64,000 nucleotides of DNA from an uncultured Alphaproteobacteria bacterium (GTDB lineage Bacteria; Pseudomonadota; Alphaproteobacteria; HIMB59; GCA-002718135). The translations under genes and the position numbers were made by a program. The stretch is from contig CACJEE010000004.1 in assembly GCA_902592345.1 (NCBI GenBank), positions 1,957 to 65,956 on the forward strand. The letters are read 5' to 3'. Shown in pieces: positions 1-10,581 of this stretch; the first letter of the stretch is position 1; every line of letters begins with the position of its first letter. Below the pieces are notes generated by a model. That model was given only the letters and a program-made list of their open reading frames with translations. It was not told where the DNA came from and made no database searches.

Positions 1-285
1 TTCATTAGTGTATTTAAAAGTGAATGTTCCAAATAAAATACCAATAATAGAAGCAGGAATAATTATTTTTAAAATTTTATTTATCCATTTTTTCCAATAT
101 AAATAGATAGCAGAAAAATCCATTATAATTAAAAGAGGAAGAAGAATTCCAGCAGCTTGCAATGGGCTCATAGCAAAAGACATCACTGGTACAGCTAACA
201 TCGCTATAGGTCCAGGCACTCCACCTTTAGAAAGGCCAAAAACAAATACACCGAAGGATGCAAAAATTAAAAAAATAGGATCCAT
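1..285 (-). CDS. Sulfite exporter TauE/SafE family membrane protein (truncated at window edge; not in ORF track)
   Basis: Own translation from ATG at 285: MDPIFLIFASFGVFVFGLSKGGVPGPIAMLAVPVMSFAMSPLQAAGILLPLLIIMDFSAIYLYW...; GLSKGG and P..AAGILLPLL..MD are TauE/SafE-type motifs; starts 7 nt after metC stop. Confidence 0.85.
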   Translation of the reverse strand, partial: MDPIFLIFASFGVFVFGLSKGGVPGPIAMLAVPVMSFAMSPLQAAGILLPLLIIMDFSAIYLYWKKWINKILKIIIPASIIGILFGTFTFKYTNE

Positions 286-292
286 TTAATAA

Positions 293-1453
293 TTATTTAA
301 GAACTTTTAGTGCATTCAATATATCATTAATCTGATCTTGAGAGTCTTCTAATCCGCAGTAAACACGAATGAGATTTCCTTTTACTTCATTCTTAAATGA
401 TCTTTTACTAAGACGGGGGAAAGTAATTAAACTGTCAAATCCTCCCCAGCTATAACCTAGTTTAAATATTTTCAATTTATTATAAAATTTCTTAATAGAT
501 TTAAGAGAATGTTTTTTCTTTAAAGAGAATGCAAATAAGCCAGAGCTTCCTGTAAAATCTCTTTTCCAAATATTATGATTGGGAAAACTTGGAATAGCAG
601 GGTAATATACTTTATCAATAAGGGAATGTTCCAATAATTTATTAGCCATGTTTAAAGTATTTGTTTCAATTTGTTTCATTCTTAAATTTAGTGTAGGTAT
701 CCCTCTCAATGCTAAATATACCTCTTCTGAACCTGGACACATTCCTAATGTTTTGGCTGTAATTCTTATTTCTTTTGAATGTTTTTTATCAGTACTTACA
801 AATCCTATAAGAACATCAGAATGTCCATTTATATACTTTGTACCTGCATCAATAATAATATTTATCCCAAGTTTTATAGGATTGCAGAAAATAGGGGAAG
901 CCCAAGTATTATCCATGACAGTTGGTATTTTTTTCTTTTTTGCAATTTTTGTTATTTTAGGAATATCAAGTATCTCAAAAGTAGCAGTACCGGGAGATTC
1001 AAGATAAATTAATTTTGTTTTATTTGTAATTAATTTTTCAAATTTATTTATATCTTTTAAAGGGTGAAAATATTTAATTTTTACTCTGTAATTTTTAAGA
1101 ATTTTTTCACAAAATGTCCTAGTTGGACTGTAAACAGTATCATTAATTAATACTTCATCATCTTTTTTTAAATATGTTAAAAAAGGAATGATAAGTGCAG
1201 CCAGTCCAGAGGGAGCTATAATAGTATCATGGCATTTGTATAAACTTGAAATTGCTTTTTCTAATTGTTCAACTGAAGGATTTTTATTAATTCCATATAA
1301 AGTACTTCGGTCATCATCATTATTAATATCATTAATATAATCTTCAAAACTATTGAAGATCATTGTTGATCCTTTATAAATACCAGGATTAATAAAACCT
1401 TTTTGTTTTTTTACATCTCTTGAAACTTTTGTTAGTTTAGTATCTATTTTCAT
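293..1453 (-). CDS. metC: Cystathionine beta-lyase
   Basis: Cys/Met PLP family motifs PSGLAA, ESPGT, DNTWA, TKYINGHSD, GYSWGG; divergent from aapJ as in rhizobia. Confidence 0.85.
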   Translation of the reverse strand: MKIDTKLTKVSRDVKKQKGFINPGIYKGSTMIFNSFEDYINDINNDDDRSTLYGINKNPSVEQLEKAISSLYKCHDTIIAPSGLAALIIPFLTYLKKDDEVLINDTVYSPTRTFCEKILKNYRVKIKYFHPLKDINKFEKLITNKTKLIYLESPGTATFEILDIPKITKIAKKKKIPTVMDNTWASPIFCNPIKLGINIIIDAGTKYINGHSDVLIGFVSTDKKHSKEIRITAKTLGMCPGSEEVYLALRGIPTLNLRMKQIETNTLNMANKLLEHSLIDKVYYPAIPSFPNHNIWKRDFTGSSGLFAFSLKKKHSLKSIKKFYNKLKIFKLGYSWGGFDSLITFPRLSKRSFKNEVKGNLIRVYCGLEDSQDQINDILNALKVLK

Positions 1454-1611
1454 AAAACACTATATCTAGTATATATTTTGCAATTATGATACAATTTATG
1501 TTTATATCATTCTCTTAAAATTAGCTGTTTCTTAGATCAATTTATTTTGTTATTGGGGGGTAATCTTTGAAAAAAGATGTTTAAATAATTATTTAAAACA
1601 AAGGAAATAAT

Positions 1612-2616
1612 ATGAAAAAACTATTATCAATCTTTGCAGTTACTGTTTTTGCTTTTTCAGCAAATGCGGGAACTCTTGATGATGTTAAAAATAGAGGTTT
1701 TCTAAAATGTGGTGTAACAACTGGTTTAGCTGGTTTTGCTGCTCCTGACGATAGTGGAGAGTGGGCTGGTCTTGACGCAGATATGTGTCGTGCAGTTGCT
1801 GTAGCAGTTTTTGGAGACCGTTCAAAAGTAGAATTTATCACTACTACTGGTAAATCTCGTTTCCCTACATTAGCTTCTGGTGAGGTTGATATGTTAGCGA
1901 GAAATACAACTTGGACAATTAGCCGTGATGTTAATCTTGGCTTTGAGTTCGTAGGTGTTAACTTCTATGATGGACAAGGATTTATGATTCCTTCTTCACT
2001 AGGTGTATCAAGTGCAACTGAGTTAGATGGTGCTACTGTTTGTATTCAAACTGGTACTACTACTGAGTTAAACCTTGCTGACTTCTTTAGATTAAATGGA
2101 ATTAGCTACGAAGCTCTTCCAATTGAAACTAATGATGAAGGTAAAGAAAACTTATTCGCAGGAAGATGTGACGTATATACTACTGATGCATCAGGACTAT
2201 CTTCAACTAGAGCTGCAGCAGCAGATCCTGGTAAATGGTTAGTTCTACCTGAAATCATTTCAAAAGAACCTCTAGGACCACTAGTAAGACACGGTGATCA
2301 CCAATGGGGTGACGTAGTACGTTGGTCTTTAAATGCAATGATTATTGCTGAAGAGCTAGGCGTTTCTTCTGAAAACGTTGATGCTCAAAAAAGCTCAAAC
2401 GTTCCTGAAGTACTTAGACTTCTAGGTGTTGAAGGTTCATACGGTGAAATGCTTGAATTAGCTCCTGATTGGGCTTACCAAATTATTAAACAAATTGGTA
2501 ACTATTCAGAGTCTTACGAAGCTAACGTAGGTCCAGATACACCTCTTGAAATTGCAAGAGGACTTAACGCTCTTTGGACTCAAGGTGGTATTTTATACGC
2601 ACCTCCGTTCAGATAA
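1612..2616 (+). CDS. aapJ: General L-amino acid ABC transporter substrate-binding protein
   Basis: Signal peptide; LARNTTWTISRD, YDGQGF, SKEPLGP, C-terminal YAPPFR. Confidence 0.93.
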   Translation: MKKLLSIFAVTVFAFSANAGTLDDVKNRGFLKCGVTTGLAGFAAPDDSGEWAGLDADMCRAVAVAVFGDRSKVEFITTTGKSRFPTLASGEVDMLARNTTWTISRDVNLGFEFVGVNFYDGQGFMIPSSLGVSSATELDGATVCIQTGTTTELNLADFFRLNGISYEALPIETNDEGKENLFAGRCDVYTTDASGLSSTRAAAADPGKWLVLPEIISKEPLGPLVRHGDHQWGDVVRWSLNAMIIAEELGVSSENVDAQKSSNVPEVLRLLGVEGSYGEMLELAPDWAYQIIKQIGNYSESYEANVGPDTPLEIARGLNALWTQGGILYAPPFR

Positions 2617-2631
2617 ATCGTTAATTTTTTC

Positions 2632-2665
2632 AATTAGGGGGTTTTAAAACCCCCTAATTTTTTTT
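2632..2665 (+). terminator. Intercistronic hairpin with U-tract between aapJ and aapQ
   Basis: Perfect 28-bp palindrome AATTAGGGGGTTTT|AAAACCCCCTAATT (2632-2659) followed by T-run. Confidence 0.8.
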
Positions 2666-2676
2666 ATAGGAGTCTA

Positions 2677-3840
2677 ATGAGATCTAACTTAAATTTTTTT
2701 TCTGATGAAAAGTTTAGATCCATATTTTTTCAAACTTTAGTAATAGGACTTTTTGCACTTGGTATATATTTTATTGTCCAAACAACTGGTTATAATTTAG
2801 AAAAAAGAAATATTGCAACTGGTTGGCGATTTCTTTCAGATCCAGCAGGATTTGATATTAGTTTCTCTCCATTTATTAATTTTAAATCAACTGACACTCA
2901 CTTAGATGTATATTTTGTTGGTGTATTAAATACTTTATTAGTTTCTTTTTGTGGTTGTATTGCGGCAACTATTCTTGGTTTTCTAGTTGGAATTATTCGA
3001 CTTTCGTCAAATTGGTTACTTGTAAGAGTAGCTTACATTTATGTTGAATTTACTCGAAACGTTCCATTACTTTTACAAATTATTCTTTGGTATAGTATAT
3101 TAATTCAATTACCACGTGTAAAACAATCTCTAGAATTTTTAGATATTTTTTTTATTTCTAATAGAGGTATTTATTCTCCAAGACCTGTATTTGAAACTGG
3201 ATTTTCTTATGTTTTTATAGCTATTATTTTAGCTTTTATTTCAAGTTTTATAATAAGGAGATGGGCTAAAAAAAGACAGGATGAAACTGGTAAACAATTT
3301 CCTGTATTATCATCATCATTTGGCTTAATTATAATTTTACCACTTTTATTATTTTTTATAATAGGATCACCAATGTCATTTGACTACCCAGCTTTAAAAG
3401 GATTTAATTTTAAAGGAGGGATGGTAATAAGACCTGAATTCATTGCAATGTTTTTAGCTCTTACTATTTATACTGCAGCATTTATTTCAGAAACTGTAAG
3501 ATCTGGTATTTTATCAGTAACTAAAGGTCAAAGAGAAGCTTCAGCTTCATTAGGTTTAAAAAAAAGTTGGATTATGAGACTTATAATCATTCCGCAAGCT
3601 TTAAGAGTTATAGTACCACCATTAACAAGTCAGTATTTAAATTTAACAAAGAATTCTTCATTAGGTATTGCCGTAGGTTATGCTGATCTTGTCCACGGTT
3701 TTGGAGGAATTAGTTTAAACCAAACTGGTCAAGCAATTGAATGCATGGTTATAGTAATGGCAACGTATTTAACTATTAGTTTAACAATATCTGTTTTTAT
3801 GAATATTTATAACAGAAGTATACAATTTAAAGAGAAGTAA
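2677..3840 (+). CDS. aapQ: Amino acid ABC transporter permease
   Basis: YVEFTRNVPLLLQI, EAA-type loop GQREASASLGL, YLNLTKNSSL. Confidence 0.9.
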   Translation: MRSNLNFFSDEKFRSIFFQTLVIGLFALGIYFIVQTTGYNLEKRNIATGWRFLSDPAGFDISFSPFINFKSTDTHLDVYFVGVLNTLLVSFCGCIAATILGFLVGIIRLSSNWLLVRVAYIYVEFTRNVPLLLQIILWYSILIQLPRVKQSLEFLDIFFISNRGIYSPRPVFETGFSYVFIAIILAFISSFIIRRWAKKRQDETGKQFPVLSSSFGLIIILPLLLFFIIGSPMSFDYPALKGFNFKGGMVIRPEFIAMFLALTIYTAAFISETVRSGILSVTKGQREASASLGLKKSWIMRLIIIPQALRVIVPPLTSQYLNLTKNSSLGIAVGYADLVHGFGGISLNQTGQAIECMVIVMATYLTISLTISVFMNIYNRSIQFKEK

Positions 3841-3841
3841 A

Positions 3842-4975
3842 ATGAATGATATAACTGAATCAAGAAAACCTCCTGTTGCTACAACTGGTATTTTGGGTTG
3901 GTTAAGAATGAACCTTTTCTCAACCTGGGTAAATTCACTAATTTCTTTATTTGTTCTGTATATTTTATTTCAATTTATCCCTTGGATATTAAATTGGACA
4001 ATATTTGCAGCTGACTTCAAATATAATTTTAATGGTGAAGAGATCGTCAATAGAGAGATGTGTTCACGAGTTCTCGATCCTGAAAATGGGGGAGCTTGCT
4101 GGGCAATTATTTATGTTAGATTTTATCAGTTTATGTATGGTTTTTATCCAAGAGAGGAAGTGTGGAGAGTAAATCTTAGTTATTTAATGTTAGCAGTTGC
4201 TGTTGTCCCTCTGTTATTTGATAACTTTCCATTCAGAAAACATTTTTTAAAATTTACTTATATATTTCCAGTAATTGCTTTTTTTCTTTTAAATGGAGGT
4301 CTTGGACTTGAATCAGTTTCTACAAATAAATGGGGAGGTTTACTTGTTACTTTAGTTCTAGGTTGCACAGGTATTGCACTAGCTTTTCCTCTAGGTATTA
4401 TTTTAGCATTAGGTAGACGTTCCAATCTTCCAGTTATTAGCATGATGTGTACTTTATTTATTGAATTTATTAGGGGAGTACCACTAATTACACTTTTATT
4501 CTTTGGAATGGTTATGTTGCCATTATTTTTGCCTGAAGGTATTGATATGGATGGATTAGCTCGTGTTTTGGTTGCAGTAACTTTATTTCAGTCTGCATAT
4601 ATGGCTGAGGTTATTAGAGGTGGTTTGCAAGCAATTCCCCAAGGTCAATATGAGGCAGCGAGATCTATAGGGTTATCTTACTGGCAGATGAATTTAAAAG
4701 TTGTTTTACCTCAAGCAATTAGAATTTCAATCCCCTCTATTGTAAACACTTCAATAGGTTTATTCAAGGATACTACTTTGGTTATTATTGTAGGTTTATT
4801 AGATTTGCTTGGGATCGGAAGAGGGGCTTTAGCTGATACTACCTGGTTAGGTTTGGCCTATGAGGTTTATTTTTTTGTATCTTTAGTGTTCTTTATTTTC
4901 ACTTTTGCAATGTCTAGATACAGTTTATATTTGGAAAAAAAGCTTAAAACAGGTATTAACATGGGAGCAGATTAA
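3842..4975 (+). CDS. aapM: Amino acid ABC transporter permease
   Basis: [41 protein letters not shown]. Confidence 0.9.
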   Translation: MNDITESRKPPVATTGILGWLRMNLFSTWVNSLISLFVLYILFQFIPWILNWTIFAADFKYNFNGEEIVNREMCSRVLDPENGGACWAIIYVRFYQFMYGFYPREEVWRVNLSYLMLAVAVVPLLFDNFPFRKHFLKFTYIFPVIAFFLLNGGLGLESVSTNKWGGLLVTLVLGCTGIALAFPLGIILALGRRSNLPVISMMCTLFIEFIRGVPLITLLFFGMVMLPLFLPEGIDMDGLARVLVAVTLFQSAYMAEVIRGGLQAIPQGQYEAARSIGLSYWQMNLKVVLPQAIRISIPSIVNTSIGLFKDTTLVIIVGLLDLLGIGRGALADTTWLGLAYEVYFFVSLVFFIFTFAMSRYSLYLEKKLKTGINMGAD

Positions 4976-4976
4976 T

Positions 4977-5720
4977 ATGTCAGAAGATTCAATAATTTCA
5001 TTACAAAATGTAAATAAGTGGTTTGGAGATTTTCATGTACTTAAAGATGTGGATCTTGAAGTAAAAAAGAAAGAAAGAATTGTTGTTTGCGGACCTTCGG
5101 GTTCAGGTAAATCAACGATGATAAGATGCATTAATAGATTAGAAGAACACCAAGAAGGCACAATAATTGTTGATGGTATTGAACTTACAGGCAATTTAAA
5201 AAATATTGATAGTGTAAGAAAAGAAGTTGGAATGGTTTTTCAACAATTTAATCTTTTTCCACATTTATCTGTTAAAGAAAATATTACTCTTGCTCCAATC
5301 TGGGTAAAAAAAATGCCTAAAGCTGAAGCCGAAGAATTGGCAATGCAACAACTTGAAATTGTAAAGATACCTGAACAAGCTGATAAATACCCAGGGCAAC
5401 TATCTGGAGGTCAACAACAAAGAGTTGCCATAGCTAGATCTCTAGCAATGAAACCTAATATTATGCTTTTTGATGAACCTACATCCGCTCTTGATCCTGA
5501 AATGATTAAAGAAGTTTTAGATGTTATGATTGACTTAGCTGAAGGTGGAATGACTATGATAGTCGTAACTCATGAAATGGGTTTTGCTAAGACTGTAGCA
5601 GACAGAATGGTCTTTATGGACGAGGGGAGAATTGTTGAGCAAGCAGTACCAGATAAATTTTTTAATAATCCTGAAAGTGATAGAACTAAATTATTTTTAA
5701 GTCAAATTCTTAATCATTAA
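4977..5720 (+). CDS. aapP: Amino acid ABC transporter ATP-binding protein
   Basis: Walker [25 protein letters not shown]; start moved to ATG 4977 just after aapM stop. Confidence 0.93.
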   Translation: MSEDSIISLQNVNKWFGDFHVLKDVDLEVKKKERIVVCGPSGSGKSTMIRCINRLEEHQEGTIIVDGIELTGNLKNIDSVRKEVGMVFQQFNLFPHLSVKENITLAPIWVKKMPKAEAEELAMQQLEIVKIPEQADKYPGQLSGGQQQRVAIARSLAMKPNIMLFDEPTSALDPEMIKEVLDVMIDLAEGGMTMIVVTHEMGFAKTVADRMVFMDEGRIVEQAVPDKFFNNPESDRTKLFLSQILNH

Positions 5721-6411
5721 TTAATATATTCACCCTGCGATTCATTTTACCTTTATTTTCAATTTTACCTATTTTAATTTCACCTATCTCTCTCGTACTT
5801 TTTACGTGAGTACCTCCACATGGTTGGAAGTCAATATTTCCTATTTTGACAAATCTTAATTTGCCTTCAATTTTAGGTGGTTTAACAGACATTGTTCTCA
5901 CAAGTTCTGGTTTACTCTCTAATATATTACTATCTATATACTCGTATATAATTTCATGATCTTGCTTCATTAATTCATTAATTTTTTTTTGAAGCTCATC
6001 TTTATTTATTTTCTTTTCTGGGTCATTAAAATCTAACCTACTTTTTTCATAGCCGATTTGACCACCAGTTACTCCAAGTGGTATTGATGCGCACATTAAA
6101 TGTAATGCGCTATGCATTCGCATATATTTGTATCTCTTATCCCAATTTATTCTTGCTGTTATTTTTTGATTTATGCTTAATACATTAATATTTTCTAATA
6201 TATTTTTTATATCACCTCCTGTTTTTATTGTCTCAATCACATCTATTTTTTGACCATCAGCTAATATTTCTCCTATATCTCCTGGCTGGCCACCACTTTT
6301 TCCATAAAATATTGTATCCTTCAATTCTATCGTATTATTTTCTGTATTTATTTCTATTATTTCTGTCTCTATTTCTTTTGTGTATGCATTTTCTTCAAAT
6401 ATTTTTGCCAT
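5710..6411 (-). CDS. AlaX-type free-standing alanyl-tRNA editing protein
   Basis: GGQPGD, HSALH (HxxxH) and CGGTH (CxxxH) zinc motifs. Confidence 0.88.
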   Translation of the reverse strand: MAKIFEENAYTKEIETEIIEINTENNTIELKDTIFYGKSGGQPGDIGEILADGQKIDVIETIKTGGDIKNILENINVLSINQKITARINWDKRYKYMRMHSALHLMCASIPLGVTGGQIGYEKSRLDFNDPEKKINKDELQKKINELMKQDHEIIYEYIDSNILESKPELVRTMSVKPPKIEGKLRFVKIGNIDFQPCGGTHVKSTREIGEIKIGKIENKGKMNRRVNILIND

Positions 6412-6472
6412 AATTTTTTTTAGCAGATTTTCATATTATTATGTTGACTTTTTTATCAATCTAAATAAATTA

Positions 6473-6487
6473 GAACAAAACAAGAAC
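6473..6487. promoter_or_regulatory. Alphaproteobacterial LexA (SOS) box upstream of umuDC
   Basis: GAAC-AAAACAA-GAAC is an exact GAAC-N7-GAAC (GTTC-N7-GTTC) repeat, immediately 3' of TTGACT(6444)-N16-TAAATT(6466). Confidence 0.82.
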
Positions 6488-6551
6488 AATAATATATTTA
6501 TATTAAATATAAGTATTGTTTATCAATTATTTAAATAAATTTTTTAAAAAT

Positions 6552-6995
6552 ATGAATGAGAAAAATATATTATCTATTATCAATATAGAAAGCAGCAAAA
6601 AGGTTACTACGCCTTTATTTTTAGACTCTGTATCGGCAGGCTTTCCTTCTCCAGCAACTGATTATTTGGAAAATAAACTTGATTTAAATGAACACCTTGT
6701 AAAACATCCTGCGGCTACTTTTATTGTTAAAGCAAGCGGCCCTTCAATGGTAGAGGCGGGGATTTCATCAGGAGACTTACTGATTGTTGATAGGAGTGTT
6801 ACACCAAAAAATGATAATATTGTTATAGCCTCTGTACTTGGTGATCTAACAGTAAAAAAACTACGCAAGAAAGGGTCTGTGTTATTTTTAGTTTCAGCTA
6901 ATAACGAATATCCTAGTATTGAAGTGAAAGAAGAGATGGAGTGTTTTATATGGGGGGTTGTGACTTATGTCATACACAAAGCAATTACAAAATAA
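6552..6995 (+). CDS. umuD: DNA polymerase V accessory subunit (S24 peptidase)
   Basis: VSAGFPSPA cleavage site, GPSM serine, TVKK lysine, WGVVT; ATG 6552 preferred over upstream TTG. Confidence 0.92.
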   Translation: MNEKNILSIINIESSKKVTTPLFLDSVSAGFPSPATDYLENKLDLNEHLVKHPAATFIVKASGPSMVEAGISSGDLLIVDRSVTPKNDNIVIASVLGDLTVKKLRKKGSVLFLVSANNEYPSIEVKEEMECFIWGVVTYVIHKAITK

Positions 6996-8277
6996 TCACT
7001 CTTCTTTGGGCAATTCTATCGCTTTGATAGATTGCAATAATTTTTATGCATCTTGTGAGAGAATATTTAATCCAAAATTAATAAGCAAACCTATTGTTGT
7101 TCTATCAAATAACGATGGTTGTATAATCACAAGATCAGTGGAGGCTAAAAAATTAGGAATTAAAATGGGCGAACCATACTTCAAGGCAAAGAAAATTATT
7201 GATAAAAATAATGTAAAGGTTTTTTCTTCTAATTATTCCTTATATGGAGATATTTCTCAGCGAGTTATGGAAACCTTAGCAAGGTTTGCTCCAGATATAG
7301 AAATTTATTCTATAGATGAGGCTTTTTTGGGGTTAAATGGTTTTGAAAATTATGAGCTAAGTACGTATTGCAGTTACATACGTCGTATCATAAAACAATG
7401 GGTAGGTATTCCAGTCAGTATAGGGGTAAGTTCAACAAAGACACTTTCAAAAATTGCAAATAACTTGGCAAAAAAAAATAAAGAGTATGATGGTGTGTGC
7501 TTATTAAAAACTTGGTTTGACATAAATGAAGCCTTAAAATTAACTCCTATAGAAGACGTCTGGGGTATTGGAAGGCGACTGTCTTCTTTTTTACAAAGAT
7601 ATAATATCAACACTGCTTATGACTTTATTCAACTTGATAAAGGATGGGTAAGAAAAAATATGGGTGTAGTAGGGGAAAAAACATTTTTAGAACTTTGTGG
7701 AGTATCCTGCATTGAATTAGATTTAATTCCATCAGATAAAAAAAGTTGCTGTGTTTCACGTTCGTTTAGTAAGCCAATAGAAAAAATTTATGATTTAGAA
7801 GAATCTGTTTCAGCTTATGGAACAAGAGTTTCTGAAAAGATAAGAGAAGAGGGATTAGTAGCAGAATCAATGAGTGTATTTGTTCTTACAAATCATTTTA
7901 ATAGAAAAGAAAAACAGTATTCAAACTCCATTAAATTGCAACTACCTTTTCCAACTAATAACAGTATTAAAATTGTGAAACGGACATTGGAAGGAATAAG
8001 AAAAATATATCGTGAAGGATACCGTTATAAAAAAGCAGGGGTCATTTTATATGGTTTAAGTAAATCAGGTCAAAATAAAGGTCTTTTAGATTACGATAGA
8101 GAAAGCTCAGACATAATTATGAATACAATGGATAGAATTAATGAGCGTTATGGGAGTTCTACAATTAGATTAGCATCTGAGGGTATTGAAAAGTCATGGA
8201 AAATGAGAAGAGAGAGCGTGTCTCCGTGTTATACAACAAGCTTTAATGATTTAGTTGAGGTAAAAATTAATTTATAG
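6967..8277 (+). CDS. umuC: DNA polymerase V catalytic subunit (Y family)
   Basis: DCNNFYASCER, VLSNNDGC, YSIDEAF, C-terminal WKMRR..SPCYTT. Confidence 0.93.
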   Translation: MSYTKQLQNNHSSLGNSIALIDCNNFYASCERIFNPKLISKPIVVLSNNDGCIITRSVEAKKLGIKMGEPYFKAKKIIDKNNVKVFSSNYSLYGDISQRVMETLARFAPDIEIYSIDEAFLGLNGFENYELSTYCSYIRRIIKQWVGIPVSIGVSSTKTLSKIANNLAKKNKEYDGVCLLKTWFDINEALKLTPIEDVWGIGRRLSSFLQRYNINTAYDFIQLDKGWVRKNMGVVGEKTFLELCGVSCIELDLIPSDKKSCCVSRSFSKPIEKIYDLEESVSAYGTRVSEKIREEGLVAESMSVFVLTNHFNRKEKQYSNSIKLQLPFPTNNSIKIVKRTLEGIRKIYREGYRYKKAGVILYGLSKSGQNKGLLDYDRESSDIIMNTMDRINERYGSSTIRLASEGIEKSWKMRRESVSPCYTTSFNDLVEVKINL

Positions 8278-8279
8278 AA

Positions 8280-8354
8280 TGGCTCCCCGGGCCGGGCTCG
8301 AACCAGCGACCGATCGGTTAACAGCCGATTGCTCTACCACTGAGCTACCGAGGA
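8280..8354 (-). tRNA. tRNA-Asn (GTT)
   Basis: Minus strand TCCTCGGTAGCTCAGTGGTAGAGCAATCGGCTGTTAACCGATCGGTCGCTGGTTCGAGCCCGGCCCGGGGAGCCA; cloverleaf with encoded CCA. Confidence 0.97.
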
Positions 8355-8402
8355 ACACAATTTAGCTGTTAATAAAAAAAAGAAAAAAAAACAAGTAAAA
8401 TT

Positions 8403-8476
8403 TGGAGGCTCGGAGCGGAATCGAACCGCTGTGCAAGGCTTTGCAGGCCCCTACATCACCACTCTGCCACCGAGCC
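8403..8476 (-). tRNA. tRNA-Cys (GCA)
   Basis: Minus strand GGCTCGGTGGCAGAGTGGTGATGTAGGGGCCTGCAAAGCCTTGCACAGCGGTTCGATTCCGCTCCGAGCCTCCA; U73 discriminator, CCA. Confidence 0.97.
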
Positions 8477-8604
8477 AAATTTTTTGGACAATTAATCTGT
8501 TATTAACTTCAAGTCAATTAATGAAAATTAAAGAATGAAAAAAATAAAAATCATATCAATTTTTAATGTTATTATGTATATGAGTCTTTAAAAATTATCC
8601 TTTA

Positions 8605-9261
8605 ATGAATATTAATTTTAATAAAAATCGTGAGGTGATGATAGAAAATCAGCTCAGACCTAATAAAATAACAAATATTGTAATTCTAGATATTTTTAAT
8701 AAAGTCTCTAAAGAAAATTTTATATCTGAAGATAAATTGAATATTTGCTATTCAGATCAAGACATAACTGTAAAAGACTCTAGAGGATATCTTAAAAATC
8801 TTCATTTAGCTCAAATTTTAAACTTTTCAGAAATTCAAAATGATGAAAAGGTATTACATATTGGTGGCCTAACAGGATATCTTTCTGTCTTAATATCAAA
8901 ACTATGCAAAGAAATTTATGTAACTGATAATGATCAAGAATGCGTGGAAAATATAAATGCACATTTTATTGAAAATAAAATTACTAACGGATATGTTTTT
9001 AAAAATTTTTTTTCTGAAGGTTTGCCAGAAAAAGGGCCCTTTGATTTAATCATAATTGACTGTCCACAATATAATATTAATCTTGATTTACTAAACCAAA
9101 TAAATGTGGGAGGTAGGATAGTTTATATTGAAAAAATAAATGATGAACTATCTAAAGCTTATAAAATGACCAAATATAAAAATAATTACTCTAAAGATTT
9201 CTTATTTGATGTTTTTTCTCATTTATGTCTTACCAAAAAAATTGAAGGTTTTAATTTCTAA
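8605..9261 (+). CDS. Protein-L-isoaspartate O-methyltransferase-like protein (alpha-type paralogue upstream of tolC)
   Basis: R..MIENQLRPN, VLHIGGLTGY, GPFDLIII; conserved pcm-tolC-popZ-valS order. Confidence 0.75.
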   Translation: MNINFNKNREVMIENQLRPNKITNIVILDIFNKVSKENFISEDKLNICYSDQDITVKDSRGYLKNLHLAQILNFSEIQNDEKVLHIGGLTGYLSVLISKLCKEIYVTDNDQECVENINAHFIENKITNGYVFKNFFSEGLPEKGPFDLIIIDCPQYNINLDLLNQINVGGRIVYIEKINDELSKAYKMTKYKNNYSKDFLFDVFSHLCLTKKIEGFNF

Positions 9262-10544
9262 TGAAAAAATTATTATTCTGTATTTTTCTATTATTTTCTA
9301 AATCAGCATTTTCAATTGACATTGATGATGCAATAAAAAGCACAATTGAAAACAATCCTAAAGTTAAGATTGCATATGAAAAATTAACAGAATCAAAAGA
9401 ATTAATTGAAAATGCTTACAATCAAAAATTGCCTACTATAACTAGTACAATATCAGGAACATATTCAACATCTGATTCTTCAACATCAACTGCAACAACA
9501 ACACCTGAAACTTTTACAGATAAATATAAACTATCACTTAGTCAAAATTTATACGATGCTGGTGAAAAAAATTTAGAAATTGAAAGATCAAAATTGTTGT
9601 TTGACAAAGAAGTTGTAAATTTCAAAGTAACTATTCAAAATCTAATATTAAGTGCTATAGAAGGCTATCTTGCTGTTATTAATTATGAAAAATCTCTTGA
9701 AGCAAGTAAAAAGAATTTTGATTCAGTATCACGTTTCTTAGATGAAACTAAAACAAAATTTGATTTAGGTTCTGCTACTCTTTATGATCTTCAAAATGCA
9801 GAGTCAGCTTATGCGATTGCTGAGACTAATTTATTTATTTCACAGCAAAATTATGATGTGAGTAAAATTACATTTAATAGAATTGTTGGATTGGATCCTA
9901 TTAATTTAGAAGAAGTTGTTGATTTAAGTAAAGAAATTGACTTAAATAAATTTATTAAAAATATAGAAAAAAATAATTACACTTTAGCTCTTCTCGATAA
10001 TGACATTAGAAATACAAGCATACTTCTTTCAAAGGAGAAACTTAGTAATAAACCATCATTAGATTTATCAACTTCTGTTGAATATTCAGATTCTGGGCGA
10101 ATAGATTCTGGTACAGAAAAAACTAACGGAACTTTGGGTCTAACTTTAACAATACCAATTTTTCAGCAAAATAATGATAAGTCTGATATTAGAAAATATC
10201 AATCACAGCTTTTACAAGCCGAATTAAGCTTTGAAGATAAAAAACAAGATCTAATAATACAGGCATCAAACCTATATAAAGATTTTTTAATTAGTAAATC
10301 AAATATTGACTCAAACACTAAGCAGTTATTGTCAATTCAAACATCTTTGGAGAGCATAAAAGAAGAATATAATATTGGCACCAAGACAATAACTGATTTG
10401 ATTGATGCTGAAAGTGAGCTCCTTACTGTTAATGTAAATTATCATTCTGCAAACAAAGATATGATTTTAAATTATTTCAATATTATGGCTCTTGAAGGCT
10501 CTTTAATTTCTGCTTTTGAAAATTTTCTTCCTAGTTATAATTAG
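9261..10544 (+). CDS. tolC: TolC family outer membrane protein
   Basis: Signal peptide, AIENNP, QNLYDAG, G..T.YDL..AE and GTKTITDLIDAE repeats. Confidence 0.85.
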   Translation: MKKLLFCIFLLFSKSAFSIDIDDAIKSTIENNPKVKIAYEKLTESKELIENAYNQKLPTITSTISGTYSTSDSSTSTATTTPETFTDKYKLSLSQNLYDAGEKNLEIERSKLLFDKEVVNFKVTIQNLILSAIEGYLAVINYEKSLEASKKNFDSVSRFLDETKTKFDLGSATLYDLQNAESAYAIAETNLFISQQNYDVSKITFNRIVGLDPINLEEVVDLSKEIDLNKFIKNIEKNNYTLALLDNDIRNTSILLSKEKLSNKPSLDLSTSVEYSDSGRIDSGTEKTNGTLGLTLTIPIFQQNNDKSDIRKYQSQLLQAELSFEDKKQDLIIQASNLYKDFLISKSNIDSNTKQLLSIQTSLESIKEEYNIGTKTITDLIDAESELLTVNVNYHSANKDMILNYFNIMALEGSLISAFENFLPSYN

Positions 10545-10581
10545 TCTTTAGTATTTCCTTTACTTAATTTATAAGAGAATT

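Noticed and set aside
1580-1597. Perfect 18-bp palindrome TTTAAATAATTATTTAAA before the aapJ SD
   Set aside because: It contains only A/T in a very AT-rich genome and has no second copy, so it cannot be supported as an operator
6422-6449. TTATGTTGACT resembling the XerD arm of a dif site
   Set aside because: There is no XerC arm at 6-bp spacing; it is better explained as the umuD -35 element
8280-8354. tRNA-Asn or tRNA-Cys as an active integration site with an island
   Set aside because: I saw no integrase and no duplicated tRNA 3' end in the window, and the flanks are housekeeping genes
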